A stretch of DNA of 64,000 nucleotides from a virus. A program made the position numbers and the translations under genes. Below, piece by piece: positions 1 through 9,383 of the stretch; position 1 is the first letter of the stretch, and each line of letters opens with the position of its first letter. The DNA lies in IMG/VR virus record IMGVR_UViG_3300022074_000005. The stretch is one strand, 5' to 3'. The notes beneath the pieces are model-generated. The model was not told the origin of the DNA, did not search any database, and saw only the letters and a program-made list of their open reading frames with translations.

Positions 1-642
1 CTCGTAACTTTTTTGTCTCTCTTCATTCTTCAAGTGAATTTTCATACACCATTCTGCTGGTTGTAGTTTCACATTAAACCAAGGTGATTTATTTTTTATC
101 TGATCATAAACAAAATACTGTTCACCCTCTTGTGGCATCTCTACTATTTTATTCTCGTAATAATACTTTTTATGTTTCTTGTAGTCTTCCATATAGTTAT
201 CATATACAAACTTAAAATCATGTGAGTTAAACTTATATAAGTTACCGCTGATTGGCATATCATCACTTTTCCACCATCTATCCATAGAAACAAAATCACC
301 ATGTTCTACAGGGTATGTGAGGACTGGTGATGGGTCTTTCTTCCATTGCATATCAATATCCATGATAACAGTTGTATCACACTCTTTTGCTTTTATATAA
401 GACGGGTCAAAGAAAAATATCTTTGTCCAATGACCATGTTCTTTTATGTCTTGATTAGTTAATGGAATATAATTAATTTTTGGATTAAGTGTTATATTAT
501 ATATTGGTCTGTCAGTGGCAACCCATATTTCAAAATCTTCTTTTACATTATTAATTATGGGTTCAATCATATCATATAAAAGTTTATCTGCATCAAAACC
601 TTGAACTTTATCACCAAACTTCACAAAACATATATTAAGCAT
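1..642 (-). CDS. Glycosyltransferase (GT-A-like), runs off the window edge
   Basis: Manual translation from ATG at 642: MLNICFVKFGDK...WVATDRP...HWTKIFFFD...VIMDIDM (DxD)...GEQYFV; open to position 1; not in the ORF track. Confidence 0.7.
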   Translation of the reverse strand, partial: MLNICFVKFGDKVQGFDADKLLYDMIEPIINNVKEDFEIWVATDRPIYNITLNPKINYIPLTNQDIKEHGHWTKIFFFDPSYIKAKECDTTVIMDIDMQWKKDPSPVLTYPVEHGDFVSMDRWWKSDDMPISGNLYKFNSHDFKFVYDNYMEDYKKHKKYYYENKIVEMPQEGEQYFVYDQIKNKSPWFNVKLQPAEWCMKIHLKNEERQKSYE

Positions 643-793
643 AACTACTCCATACTAATTTAAATAGTGCCATAAAAAATAAAAATGTTGGTATTGACAT
701 TTTAGTTTTTAATGCAATTAGATTTCCTAATCTAAATGACCAAAATACAGTAGCGTATAATATAAGTAAATAAAATAATATATTGTTATTCAT
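635..793 (-). CDS. Small membrane protein (52 aa)
   Basis: Manual translation MNNNILFYLLILYATVFWSFRLGNLIALKTKMSIPTFLFFMALFKLVWSSYA; overlaps both neighbours. Confidence 0.5.
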   Translation of the reverse strand: MNNNILFYLLILYATVFWSFRLGNLIALKTKMSIPTFLFFMALFKLVWSSYA

Positions 794-986
794 CAATTGG
801 TTCTAAATTATCTTGTAGTTTTTCACTTTCTGTTTTTTGCGTAATTTTGTTTTCGTATATGACTATGATATCACTAAGTCTTTGTGCTGGCCAGTTTGCC
901 TGTACCATTTCATTTCTTAATTTTTTTAAATCTTTTAATAAATCATCCACCATATCTTTTACTTCTTTTATGTAAATATTCAGCAA
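786..986 (-). CDS. Hypothetical protein
   Basis: ORF in the co-directional gene train; true start probably MVDDLL. Confidence 0.5.
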   Translation of the reverse strand: MLNIYIKEVKDMVDDLLKDLKKLRNEMVQANWPAQRLSDIIVIYENKITQKTESEKLQDNLEPIDE

Positions 987-1194
987 CTTTATATATTCTA
1001 TGTAAATTAGTAACGCTATCTTTCCAATACTTGTCCATTAATGGTTGTGCAATTTTTCTGATTGCTTTACTTTCTTTAGATTGTTTAACACCTGTTTCAA
1101 ATACAGCACCACCTGATGTTTTCTCTTCTTTTTCGAAGTCATTCATCTTTCTTAAATTTTTATAGTAGTTTGGGTGTTTAAACACGTGGTTCAT
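943..1194 (-). CDS. Hypothetical protein
   Basis: 83 aa ORF with 4-nt overlap with the upstream gene. Confidence 0.55.
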   Translation of the reverse strand: MNHVFKHPNYYKNLRKMNDFEKEEKTSGGAVFETGVKQSKESKAIRKIAQPLMDKYWKDSVTNLHRIYKVAEYLHKRSKRYGG

Positions 1195-1541
1195 AAATCT
1201 TCAACACAATTTGGTTTATGGTTATCAATAAAATATTCTGCATCAACAACTACCAAAGGTTTAGATTTATTTCTTTTAATTACTACTAATGGTTCACCTT
1301 TCTTTGCATTACTTTTCGCTTGTTCATAAGATTCCCATACATTTACTTTTTCAACATTTTTACATTCGATACTATATGGAAATTTACGTCTGGCATCTTT
1401 TGCCATCATTAAGTCTTCACCTGAGGCACCCATAGACCTAGACTCTATGTCTTCCTCACTAATCATTAATTTATCTATGAGTTGATCTCTAACCCATTGT
1501 TGTAATCTACGCCCCTTGGCTTTGGCTGATTGTGTTTTCAT
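1191..1541 (-). CDS. Holliday-junction-resolvase-like PD-(D/E)xK endonuclease
   Basis: SAKAKGRRLQ...GEDL...SIECKN motif pattern of Hjc-like nucleases. Confidence 0.7.
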   Translation of the reverse strand: MKTQSAKAKGRRLQQWVRDQLIDKLMISEEDIESRSMGASGEDLMMAKDARRKFPYSIECKNVEKVNVWESYEQAKSNAKKGEPLVVIKRNKSKPLVVVDAEYFIDNHKPNCVEDL

Positions 1542-1689
1542 ATCTCGCTATCCTACATATTTCTATTTCATATTCTCTGCCATCATAATCTTGTACTATT
1601 TTTTTCAAAGGTAATGATACATAATTATCTGTATTATTTAAAACCTCTGCATGTACTTGACCACAGTTTAAACAATATTTATTCGACAT
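1507..1689 (-). CDS. Small Cys-containing hypothetical protein
   Basis: MSNKYCLNCG...EICR; likely start at 1689 within track ORF 1507..1734. Confidence 0.5.
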   Translation of the reverse strand: MSNKYCLNCGQVHAEVLNNTDNYVSLPLKKIVQDYDGREYEIEICRIARYENTISQSQGA

Positions 1690-2332
1690 CTTCTCTTTTC
1701 TTTTCTTTGTAAAAGTAATTGTCGTCATCACCAAAAGCCCACTTACGTTCTTGTTCGCAAGTAAAGTATCTAGTTGATACTTTGAAGTCTGGTCTTTTTA
1801 AATCTGATGGCGTACTAGATTGTTCGTACCATAACATTCTATTATTTGGTTGTGCAAAAAATTGACCGTTATCTAATTTACCAAAATTAAATTGTTTATG
1901 TTCTTCTGGTACCTCTGATAGATTTAGATTTGGTGTATTTAAATCACTATGACAACTATCTATAGAAAACAAATATTCACCTTTCATTCTACCACCACCT
2001 TTTAACATTATATCTACATCACAATTAGCGAGTAATACTTTTTTCCAAACTTGTACCTCATAACTAAATGCATCCCATAACTCTAATACATCTAAAGGTA
2101 GTTGTTCACTTTCTACAATATCTTTTTTCCATACAAAAGCTGACAATGGAAACTTATCAAAACAAGCACCATACTCTGGTAGATATGCCTCAAAGTATAA
2201 TGCTCGTCCTTGAATTGATTTAACAGCTATGATCGTTGCATCAACAAACTCACCATGACCGTCTTCTAAATCTCTTAGATATTCTTTTTTTACATAACAC
2301 TTAATATGTGGTAAGTTTGCTACAAAGTTCAT
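1679..2332 (-). CDS. Conserved marine phage hypothetical protein
   Basis: 217 aa; ANLP...KEYL.DL..GHGEF...EHKQFN..KLDNGQFFAQPNNR pattern recalled from marine phages. Confidence 0.7.
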   Translation of the reverse strand: MNFVANLPHIKCYVKKEYLRDLEDGHGEFVDATIIAVKSIQGRALYFEAYLPEYGACFDKFPLSAFVWKKDIVESEQLPLDVLELWDAFSYEVQVWKKVLLANCDVDIMLKGGGRMKGEYLFSIDSCHSDLNTPNLNLSEVPEEHKQFNFGKLDNGQFFAQPNNRMLWYEQSSTPSDLKRPDFKVSTRYFTCEQERKWAFGDDDNYFYKEKKREDVE

Positions 2333-2335
2333 ATA

Positions 2336-2494
2336 TTATTCCTCTATGTCTTCTACCTCGTCTATATTGTATTCATTCTCAGGTATCTCTTCGCCACAAA
2401 ATGGACAAAACTTATTCTTATATAGTTCGTCATCCATATCATAAGATATGGTATAACTTGCATCACAAGCGTTACATAAAATAGTTTTTCTCAT
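2336..2494 (-). CDS. Small zinc-ribbon protein (52 aa)
   Basis: Manual translation MRKTILCNACDASY...FCPFCGEEI...; two CxxC pairs, acidic tail; directly follows nrdB. Confidence 0.7.
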   Translation of the reverse strand: MRKTILCNACDASYTISYDMDDELYKNKFCPFCGEEIPENEYNIDEVEDIEE

Positions 2495-3816
2495 TAGTTA
2501 GTCATTTCTTTCGGTAAAGGCACTTCACATACGCCAGTTACAGGGTCGCACTCTTCACCTGGTTTTTCTTCGTATGCATCATCCCACCTACCTGTTAAAC
2601 CAGCAACTTCATATTCTGTTACTCTGTTTTCAAAAAAGTTAGTATGGTCTGCTGCATTTAAAATCCACTCCAACCATGGAATAGGATTGTCTTTAACTTT
2701 AAAATTAGTTTTTAATCCTAATTGTAAAAGTCTTCTATCTGTTATGTATCTAATATATTTTTTAACATCTTTTTTTGGAAGACCTTCTATGTCACCTTTT
2801 TTATATGCTAAATCAATAAACTTATCTTCTAGGTCTACAATCTTTGTTGACATTTCGTAAATTGCTTTTTTAAAATCATTATCAACAATTCTAGCATTTT
2901 CAGCACAATATGCTCTGAATAGATGTGCGATACCTTCAACGTGCATTGACTCGTCTCTTACTGACCACTCAACTATTTTACCACAACCTTTCATCTTTCC
3001 AAATCTTTGAAAGTTTAATAACATTATAAAAGATGCAAATAAAGATACGCCTTCATTAAATACGGATTTTGCTAGTGCTAAACCTAAACCTTTTTTAGTA
3101 GTTACATCTGAGCTCATCATGTAATCTACTTTATCTGACATTTCTTTGTATTCCATAAAAGCATGAAACTCTTCATCTGGTAGACCAAGTGTTTCGTTTA
3201 ATAATGCATATGCTCTTTGGTGTATACCTTCTCTACTTGCAAAAGAACCAAGCATATTTCTTATCTCGTTATTTTTAAATTTTGGAATAAATTGGTCATA
3301 GTAGTTTTGTCCTACTGCAACATCTGATTGAGTAAATAATCTTAAAACGTTAGTAATAAAATCTTTTTCAGATTCAGTTACACGTCCACCTTTCCAATCT
3401 GTTACATCATCTGCTAAATCTACCTCGTCTTCAATCCAATGAACTTTTTCGTGTTTCTGTACAAACTCGACCGCCCAGGGAAAATGAAATGGCTTATATG
3501 CTTCACTAAATTTTGTTAAACTACCACCTCTTTTTTTTAAAATCTTTTCAGAGCTTTGTAATAAGTTTGCGTATCCACCAATACGTTCACCATTTACAAA
3601 TATTTGTGGCACAGAGGCAACTTGTCTTACTTGTTCAACATCCTCTTTATTACTTAATAATTTTTCTTGAGTATTGTTTACTCTTTGATAAAATTCTAAT
3701 CTCTCTGCTTCCGTTGTCATTGTATGCTCAACGTATTCTATTCCATGTTCATTAAACCAATTCTTTGCTTGTAAGCAATAACCACAAGTTGGTGTTGTAT
3801 ATATTTGTACGTCCAT
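2494..3816 (-). CDS. nrdB: Glutaredoxin-ribonucleotide reductase beta subunit fusion
   Basis: N-terminal YTTPTCGYC...VPQIF..GERIGG glutaredoxin; R2 motifs FTQSD, REGIHQRAY, NEG, RDESMH, NFFE; likely start MDVQIY (3816). Confidence 0.95.
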   Translation of the reverse strand: MDVQIYTTPTCGYCLQAKNWFNEHGIEYVEHTMTTEAERLEFYQRVNNTQEKLLSNKEDVEQVRQVASVPQIFVNGERIGGYANLLQSSEKILKKRGGSLTKFSEAYKPFHFPWAVEFVQKHEKVHWIEDEVDLADDVTDWKGGRVTESEKDFITNVLRLFTQSDVAVGQNYYDQFIPKFKNNEIRNMLGSFASREGIHQRAYALLNETLGLPDEEFHAFMEYKEMSDKVDYMMSSDVTTKKGLGLALAKSVFNEGVSLFASFIMLLNFQRFGKMKGCGKIVEWSVRDESMHVEGIAHLFRAYCAENARIVDNDFKKAIYEMSTKIVDLEDKFIDLAYKKGDIEGLPKKDVKKYIRYITDRRLLQLGLKTNFKVKDNPIPWLEWILNAADHTNFFENRVTEYEVAGLTGRWDDAYEEKPGEECDPVTGVCEVPLPKEMTN

Positions 3817-3829
3817 TTCGTTACCTTTC

Positions 3830-5593
3830 CTATCCTTGACAAGAGACACACTCATCTTCATCTTTTTTAATATCAGATATGTCTCTTAATTTATCTAATT
3901 GAACTTTTGAAGCTATATTCTCTGCTCTCTTAGATGTTTCTGTTCTTAAATAATATAATCCTTTACACTCATTTTCCCATGCTTTAAAATGTACCTTTTG
4001 AAGATACTTTTTAGACGCACCTGCTGGAAAGAAAACATTTAAAGATTGACCTTGACATAAATGTTTCTGTCTTTGACCTGCGAGTCCTACTAATTTTATT
4101 TGGTCAATTTCAACTGCTGTTTTAAATACTTCTTTCTCTTCGTTAGATAAAAAAGTTAAGTGTTGTACTGACCCACCATTTGTTATAATGCTTGTCCATA
4201 CTTCAGTCTTGTTCATATCGTATTTGTCTAGTAAGCTGACCAGATATTTATTCTTTATTAAATGTGAACCAGCTCTTGTTCTATGTGTATATGCATTTGC
4301 TTTATTAGGTTCTATACTAGGTGAAGTTGCAACAATCATAGAACTATTAGCATTAGGTGCAATTGCTAGTAAGTGTGCATTACGCATACCAGTTCCTTTC
4401 ATATCAGGTGCCTCACCTTTTTCTTTTGCAAGTCTTTTAGATTCTTCTACTGCTTCATGTTTAATAAAATCAAATATCTCTTCATTTATATCATCTGATT
4501 TTTCAAAAGGTATATTATTTTTTTGTAAATATGAGTGATAACCCATAGCACCAAGTCCTAAACTTCTTTCTCTTGTTGCTGAATATTTTGCTTTGTGTAA
4601 GACATCTGGTGCGTGATCTATAAAAAATTGTAACACGTTATCTAAAAAATGTATTAAATCTTTTACAAGTGTTGTATCTTTCCACTCATCATACATTTCT
4701 AAATTTAAAGATGATAAACAACAAACAGCTGTTCTATCATCATTTGTTGCTAAATGTATTTCATTACATAGATTAGAACCATTTATCTTTAGTCCTAGTT
4801 TTTTTTGTGTTTTTGGTAAATGTTTATTTGCAGTATCTATAAAATTTACATAAGGTTCGCCAGTTCTAAATCTAACTTCTAAAACTTTTTCCCAAAGTTT
4901 TCTTGCTGACATTGTAGTTCTAATAGTGCCATCATTTGGGTCTTTTAAATGCCATTCTTTACCTTCTTTTACAGCATTCATAAATTCATCTGTTACATTT
5001 ACTGCATTGTGTATATTTAAACATTTACGACCTATGTCACCAGTTGGTAATCTTACTGTAAGAAACTCTTCTATGTCAGGGTGTGATATATCCATGTAAG
5101 CTGCATATGAGCCTTTACGTGTTTTACCTTGTCGATATGCTATCATATCTGCATCAACTGTATGTAAAAATGGTATTGGGCCTGGTGCAATATCTGATAC
5201 TGAACGAACTGCTGACCAATGTCCACCAACTCCACCACCCTTAACAGACAACCATCTTAATTCTGCTGTATGATCTATTAGACCATCTAGACTATCTGGT
5301 ACATATGATAAGAAACAAGATATCGGTAATGCTTTTATTTTTTTAGTGCTGATTGGTGCGTTTGATAATACTGGTGATGCAAACATAAACCAACCTTTAC
5401 TTGCACCATCATAAATTCTTTGTGCTAGTTTGTTGTCTCCATAGCAATATGCTTTGGCTGCTCTTGCGAATGCTTGTTGTGGTGATTTTTCTTCACTTAG
5501 ACAATAATAATCTTTTAATAATTTTTCTGCTTGTTTTGATAATAATTTATCTCTTGATAGGTCAATACTAACTCCCAAGTACTTTTCTGACAT
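3830..5593 (-). CDS. nrdA: Ribonucleotide reductase class I alpha subunit (no ATP cone)
   Basis: ISCF, GSNLCNEI, CCLSS, APNANSS, GLYYLR, C-terminal CVSCQG. Confidence 0.95.
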   Translation of the reverse strand: MSEKYLGVSIDLSRDKLLSKQAEKLLKDYYCLSEEKSPQQAFARAAKAYCYGDNKLAQRIYDGASKGWFMFASPVLSNAPISTKKIKALPISCFLSYVPDSLDGLIDHTAELRWLSVKGGGVGGHWSAVRSVSDIAPGPIPFLHTVDADMIAYRQGKTRKGSYAAYMDISHPDIEEFLTVRLPTGDIGRKCLNIHNAVNVTDEFMNAVKEGKEWHLKDPNDGTIRTTMSARKLWEKVLEVRFRTGEPYVNFIDTANKHLPKTQKKLGLKINGSNLCNEIHLATNDDRTAVCCLSSLNLEMYDEWKDTTLVKDLIHFLDNVLQFFIDHAPDVLHKAKYSATRERSLGLGAMGYHSYLQKNNIPFEKSDDINEEIFDFIKHEAVEESKRLAKEKGEAPDMKGTGMRNAHLLAIAPNANSSMIVATSPSIEPNKANAYTHRTRAGSHLIKNKYLVSLLDKYDMNKTEVWTSIITNGGSVQHLTFLSNEEKEVFKTAVEIDQIKLVGLAGQRQKHLCQGQSLNVFFPAGASKKYLQKVHFKAWENECKGLYYLRTETSKRAENIASKVQLDKLRDISDIKKDEDECVSCQG

Positions 5594-5595
5594 TT

Positions 5596-6615
5596 TTAAA
5601 TCCTTTTCCAAGCACTCAGCTTAGTTCTAGCTAGTAAACCATTGAAAGTATTACGAGCAATAATATCTTTAATATCTCTTTCTGTTTTACCAGATGAGAC
5701 CATTTCGTTAATATCTTTTTCTTTTATATCACTTGGCCAAATAACAACATCATAGTTTTCATCTATATATCTACTCACTTGTTTTATCACTTGTTCATTT
5801 CTTGGTTCATTATCAGGTATCAAAACTACTCTATCACCTTTTACTCTTAAATCAGATTGAGCAGTTGCAATACAATTATCTAAAAATAAACTATCAATTG
5901 GACCTTCAACAACATAAACTGTTTTAGACCAATCAACATCATCTAAACCATATATCTTTTCTTTCTCATCATTTACTTTAATAGTTATATATTTTGGATT
6001 TTCTAGACCAAGAGCTCTTCCTTGAAAAGCAAACATGCGACCATCTGCATCGTAGAATGGTAATATCAATCTAGGATGATCGTTTTGTAAACTAGAAAAC
6101 TTATTTTCAACCACCGTATTTACCCACTTATAAAACTGTGGAGCATAATAAATTTTATAATGTTTATTAAAAGGTATGTTTCTGTCTGTGACAAATCGTT
6201 TCGCTAAATGCTCAGGTTGTAATTGAGAAACTTTTTTTAAACTTCTTAATGGTGAGTTGGCTTCTTTTAATAATTGTTTAATAGGTGTGGATAACTTGTT
6301 ACTATCTATTCTACTGCCAGTTGCAATATCTTTTGGTGTTCTTTCTTCTCTATACTTTTCTGTTACAAATTGATTGTATAATTTTTCATCAACATATTTT
6401 ATTAGTTTAGATGCTGACGTTGATACACTACAATTATGACATTTATAGATATAAGAGTTTCCTTTAGGAAAAATATATCCTCTTGCCTTTGTTTTATGTT
6501 TTTGGGAGTCACCGCAATAGGGGCATCTAAAATTAAAAAGAGCGTTTGATTTCTTTTTAAATAGACTTAATTGTGGGGATAGTAATAGTATATACTTTTG
6601 TTCAAGATAATCCAT
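5596..6615 (-). CDS. gp61: DNA primase (T4 gp61-like)
   Basis: CPYCGDS...CHNC zinc finger; TOPRIM motifs VVEGPIDS, DNEPRN, KDIN. Confidence 0.95.
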   Translation of the reverse strand: MDYLEQKYILLLSPQLSLFKKKSNALFNFRCPYCGDSQKHKTKARGYIFPKGNSYIYKCHNCSVSTSASKLIKYVDEKLYNQFVTEKYREERTPKDIATGSRIDSNKLSTPIKQLLKEANSPLRSLKKVSQLQPEHLAKRFVTDRNIPFNKHYKIYYAPQFYKWVNTVVENKFSSLQNDHPRLILPFYDADGRMFAFQGRALGLENPKYITIKVNDEKEKIYGLDDVDWSKTVYVVEGPIDSLFLDNCIATAQSDLRVKGDRVVLIPDNEPRNEQVIKQVSRYIDENYDVVIWPSDIKEKDINEMVSSGKTERDIKDIIARNTFNGLLARTKLSAWKRI

Positions 6616-6621
6616 GCTGTC

Positions 6622-6650
6622 ATTATATTCAATTAGGTAGTAATTGTCAA
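6622..6650 (-). promoter_or_regulatory. Sigma70-type early promoter TTGACA-N17-TATAAT
   Basis: Perfect consensus: + strand attata at 6622-6627 and tgtcaa at 6645-6650. Confidence 0.85.
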
Positions 6651-6655
6651 TGGTT

Positions 6656-7102
6656 TTATGCTATTGTAATACTAAAATTCATCATTTTGTGAATGATAAA
6701 TCCAATAACAATACAACCTCCGATCAATAACCAACGCCATCTCTCTAATACACCAACTCTATCTTTTAAGTCTTTTTTTATTGAGTTGATAGCCGTGCTT
6801 TGTTCTTCGTGTTGTTTTGACATCATAGTAGAAAGTTCATCTTTAGTAGTTCTTATTCTTTCATGTATGATCTCTACGTCTTTATTAAATTCTTGTTTTC
6901 TTTCGACAGTATCTTTTTCTTGTCTTGAAATTGCGTCTTCTTGACTTGCTAGTTTTTCCTCATGCACAGCCAACATTCTATTAATAGAATTAGACACATC
7001 TGTAATTTTTGTGATTGCGTTATCTAATCTGCCATGAATTAACTTCATGTCAGCAACTTCTCTTTTCAGTATTTCTACGTCTGTAGCTAGTTTATCTGGC
7101 AT
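6656..7102 (-). CDS. Coiled-coil protein with C-terminal TM helix
   Basis: Heptad-rich, ends LERWRWLLIGGCIVIGFII. Confidence 0.7.
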   Translation of the reverse strand: MPDKLATDVEILKREVADMKLIHGRLDNAITKITDVSNSINRMLAVHEEKLASQEDAISRQEKDTVERKQEFNKDVEIIHERIRTTKDELSTMMSKQHEEQSTAINSIKKDLKDRVGVLERWRWLLIGGCIVIGFIIHKMMNFSITIA

Positions 7103-7124
7103 TCTCTTCCCTCTTTATACTAGC

Positions 7125-7132
7125 TATTTATT
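7125..7132 (-). promoter_or_regulatory. T4-type late promoter variant AATAAATA
   Basis: About 23 nt upstream of the 7102 start. Confidence 0.5.
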
Positions 7133-7298
7133 GTTTTTCGGAATCGCTTTTCACTTCTTTAACAGACTTTTCGCCACCTAATACTTTCCAAAAATTATCT
7201 AATGCTTTTAATTCGCCCATAGGCGTAGGTAGTATTTTTTTACCACTACAACCAGTTAGTAGTAATATAAACATCGATGTTAAAAATATTTGTCTCAT
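7128..7298 (-). CDS. Small lipoprotein (56 aa)
   Basis: Manual translation MRQIFLTSMFILLLTGCSGKK...; lipobox LTGC. Confidence 0.7.
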   Translation of the reverse strand: MRQIFLTSMFILLLTGCSGKKILPTPMGELKALDNFWKVLGGEKSVKEVKSDSEKQ

Positions 7299-7306
7299 TG
7301 TGTTAT

Positions 7307-7335
7307 ATAATACCAGATTATATGAGGATTGTCAA
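7307..7335 (-). promoter_or_regulatory. Sigma70-type promoter TTGACA-N17-TATTAT
   Basis: Intergenic, directly upstream of the small lipoprotein. Confidence 0.65.
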
Positions 7336-7337
7336 GG

Positions 7338-7592
7338 TTATTTTTTCTTGAGTTTTTTGATATCTTTTTCGATATCATTTATTCTTTTCATAAGATAAGG
7401 ATATTTTTTCATCGCTCTTTCTTCTTTAGTTGCGATTTCTATATCGTATCTTTTTGCAGCCCATGTATAGAACGCATCTACTTTTGCATAAAACCAAATA
7501 CCAACTTTAGTTTTTTTAAACCAAGCATTTGTAGATTGACCTAAAATTGCTGAGGCTGATGCCTTCAATAAAAAGAACCAGAAAGTAATCAT
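7338..7592 (-). CDS. Hypothetical membrane-associated protein
   Basis: 84 aa, hydrophobic N-terminus. Confidence 0.6.
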   Translation of the reverse strand: MITFWFFLLKASASAILGQSTNAWFKKTKVGIWFYAKVDAFYTWAAKRYDIEIATKEERAMKKYPYLMKRINDIEKDIKKLKKK

Positions 7593-8488
7593 TAAACTGT
7601 TGTAAAAGATTTATATTCGTCTATGATATTATTTGCATTTGTGCTAACGTTAACACCTAAAAATGTAGCAAGTTCAGACATTGTTGTAGCATCTTTATCT
7701 AAAAGTTTATCAATAGGTAATACATAAACTCTGTCATCAGCAGTTCCACTAGGATGAGTTGGATAACCCATAGTCCAAGTTTGCCAAGTTTTTGTAGCTG
7801 TGCCTGGTCCCTCATCTGAACTAAATGATTGAGTACCCATGTTATTTCTAACATCTGCTTTGTAATCAGCTTTATTTGTTTGCCAAGTTGAATCACCAGA
7901 CTTTGTTAAATTTAATTTATTCCACCATGTGTCAAAGTGAGTTGAAAACTTATCATAGAAATCTATGTAAATAAATTTTACATCTGTTGCTGTGTATAAT
8001 TTATCGTAAGCTGCAGTAGATGTTGTAGCATTTGAATAAGGTTCTTGATGAATTGATGGTGAATTTGTATTTACTATTTGGAAAGCTGTTCCTTTTAAAC
8101 CAGAATCAGCTGGGTCACCTTCTGTATCAAGTGAACCACCAGATGCAAGAGCAGTTGTAATATGAGACGCTGAACTACCTACTGCAACTCCAAATTTAAC
8201 ATTATTAAAATCTGTATCTAATTGAGTTTTAAGTTGATCGTCTGTAAAGCCAGTTATTGTACCAACTGCATATTCTTTTTTCCAAGATGGTATATATCTA
8301 TTATAACCCCAATTGTCTGAACCGCTTTGTGTTCCTACAGTTTTTGTGAAGTCATTAGCCATTTGACTGTAATATGCGTCATCAGCTTTTGCCACTGCTA
8401 CATCTTCTAATAATTGTTTCATTACATAATATTGTACTAGATCATCATAGCAGACTGCTGGTGAACTTATACAGAAATATTTAGCCAT
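7592..8488 (-). CDS. Hypothetical protein
   Basis: 298 aa, T/S/D/G-rich, GGAG RBS. Confidence 0.65.
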   Translation of the reverse strand: MAKYFCISSPAVCYDDLVQYYVMKQLLEDVAVAKADDAYYSQMANDFTKTVGTQSGSDNWGYNRYIPSWKKEYAVGTITGFTDDQLKTQLDTDFNNVKFGVAVGSSASHITTALASGGSLDTEGDPADSGLKGTAFQIVNTNSPSIHQEPYSNATTSTAAYDKLYTATDVKFIYIDFYDKFSTHFDTWWNKLNLTKSGDSTWQTNKADYKADVRNNMGTQSFSSDEGPGTATKTWQTWTMGYPTHPSGTADDRVYVLPIDKLLDKDATTMSELATFLGVNVSTNANNIIDEYKSFTTV

Positions 8489-8500
8489 TTTTTACTCCTA

Positions 8501-8995
8501 TTACCATTTTCTTGGCGCTGAACTTTTAATTGCAGACCATCCAAACATTCTAACTGCCCAATACGCCGCAAATTTTTTCCATGATCTTACTGGCGGCTCT
8601 GAAGCATTCATACCATTCATGAATACTGTATCAGCAATTGATCTCATTATTTTAAATTCTTTAGTATTTATATCTTTTTTTCTTGCATTTAATTTTTCGT
8701 ACATAATATCATGACAAACTGCCGCTCTTGCAACGTCAAATGGTGCAATAAATGCCCATGCTGCTCTCGGTACAGATGCCATATCTGTTATATATCCCTT
8801 TGGTACAGTCATAGTGTCTTTAACAGTTGTTTTTGAGTCAGATGACCATTTAATATCTACTTTATTCTTCTTAAATAGGTCGATTTCTTCTTTCCAAAGG
8901 TCAGTCTTAAAAGTTAATGATTTAGTTAGTTTCCATTTGTTAGGTCTTTTAAATTGACTTGATAATAGACCGTTAAATTTATTCTTTTTTGCCAT
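8501..8995 (-). CDS. DUF1353-family protein
   Basis: VPKGYITDMASVPR...AAVCHDIMY...AD.VF...YWAVRMFG. Confidence 0.8.
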   Translation of the reverse strand: MAKKNKFNGLLSSQFKRPNKWKLTKSLTFKTDLWKEEIDLFKKNKVDIKWSSDSKTTVKDTMTVPKGYITDMASVPRAAWAFIAPFDVARAAVCHDIMYEKLNARKKDINTKEFKIMRSIADTVFMNGMNASEPPVRSWKKFAAYWAVRMFGWSAIKSSAPRKW

Positions 8996-9383
8996 CTTCT
9001 TTTGTACTTTCTTCTAAATTTGGTTGCACAGCTTTTTCATAATATATAATTAATTTTTGATTTTGTTCTAGATATCTTTTAATATCTGCCATATTCAACG
9101 CCATCGCTTCATATCCTCTTACAGATATTGCATAGAATACCCACTCTTCACCATGTTCTTTCTTGTATTTAGTAATAAACTCGTTAAAATTTTGCTCTGT
9201 CACAACATACCATTCAACATTCTGCATATTAAGGGGTTTAGGGTGTGATTGTAAAGGTATATTTTTCTCAATATATTCAGTTTTTACTACTGTTTTTGTA
9301 GGTAATTTAAACGTACTACAATTAGTTAGTAGTAGCGTTACCAGTAAGAGACTCAAAACTTTCAAAAAGTTCTTTAGTTCCAT
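8979..9383 (-). CDS. Putative o-spanin (lipoprotein)
   Basis: Lipobox LLTNC; overlaps the 3' end of the i-spanin-like gene. Confidence 0.6.
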   Translation of the reverse strand: MELKNFLKVLSLLLVTLLLTNCSTFKLPTKTVVKTEYIEKNIPLQSHPKPLNMQNVEWYVVTEQNFNEFITKYKKEHGEEWVFYAISVRGYEAMALNMADIKRYLEQNQKLIIYYEKAVQPNLEESTKEDGKKE

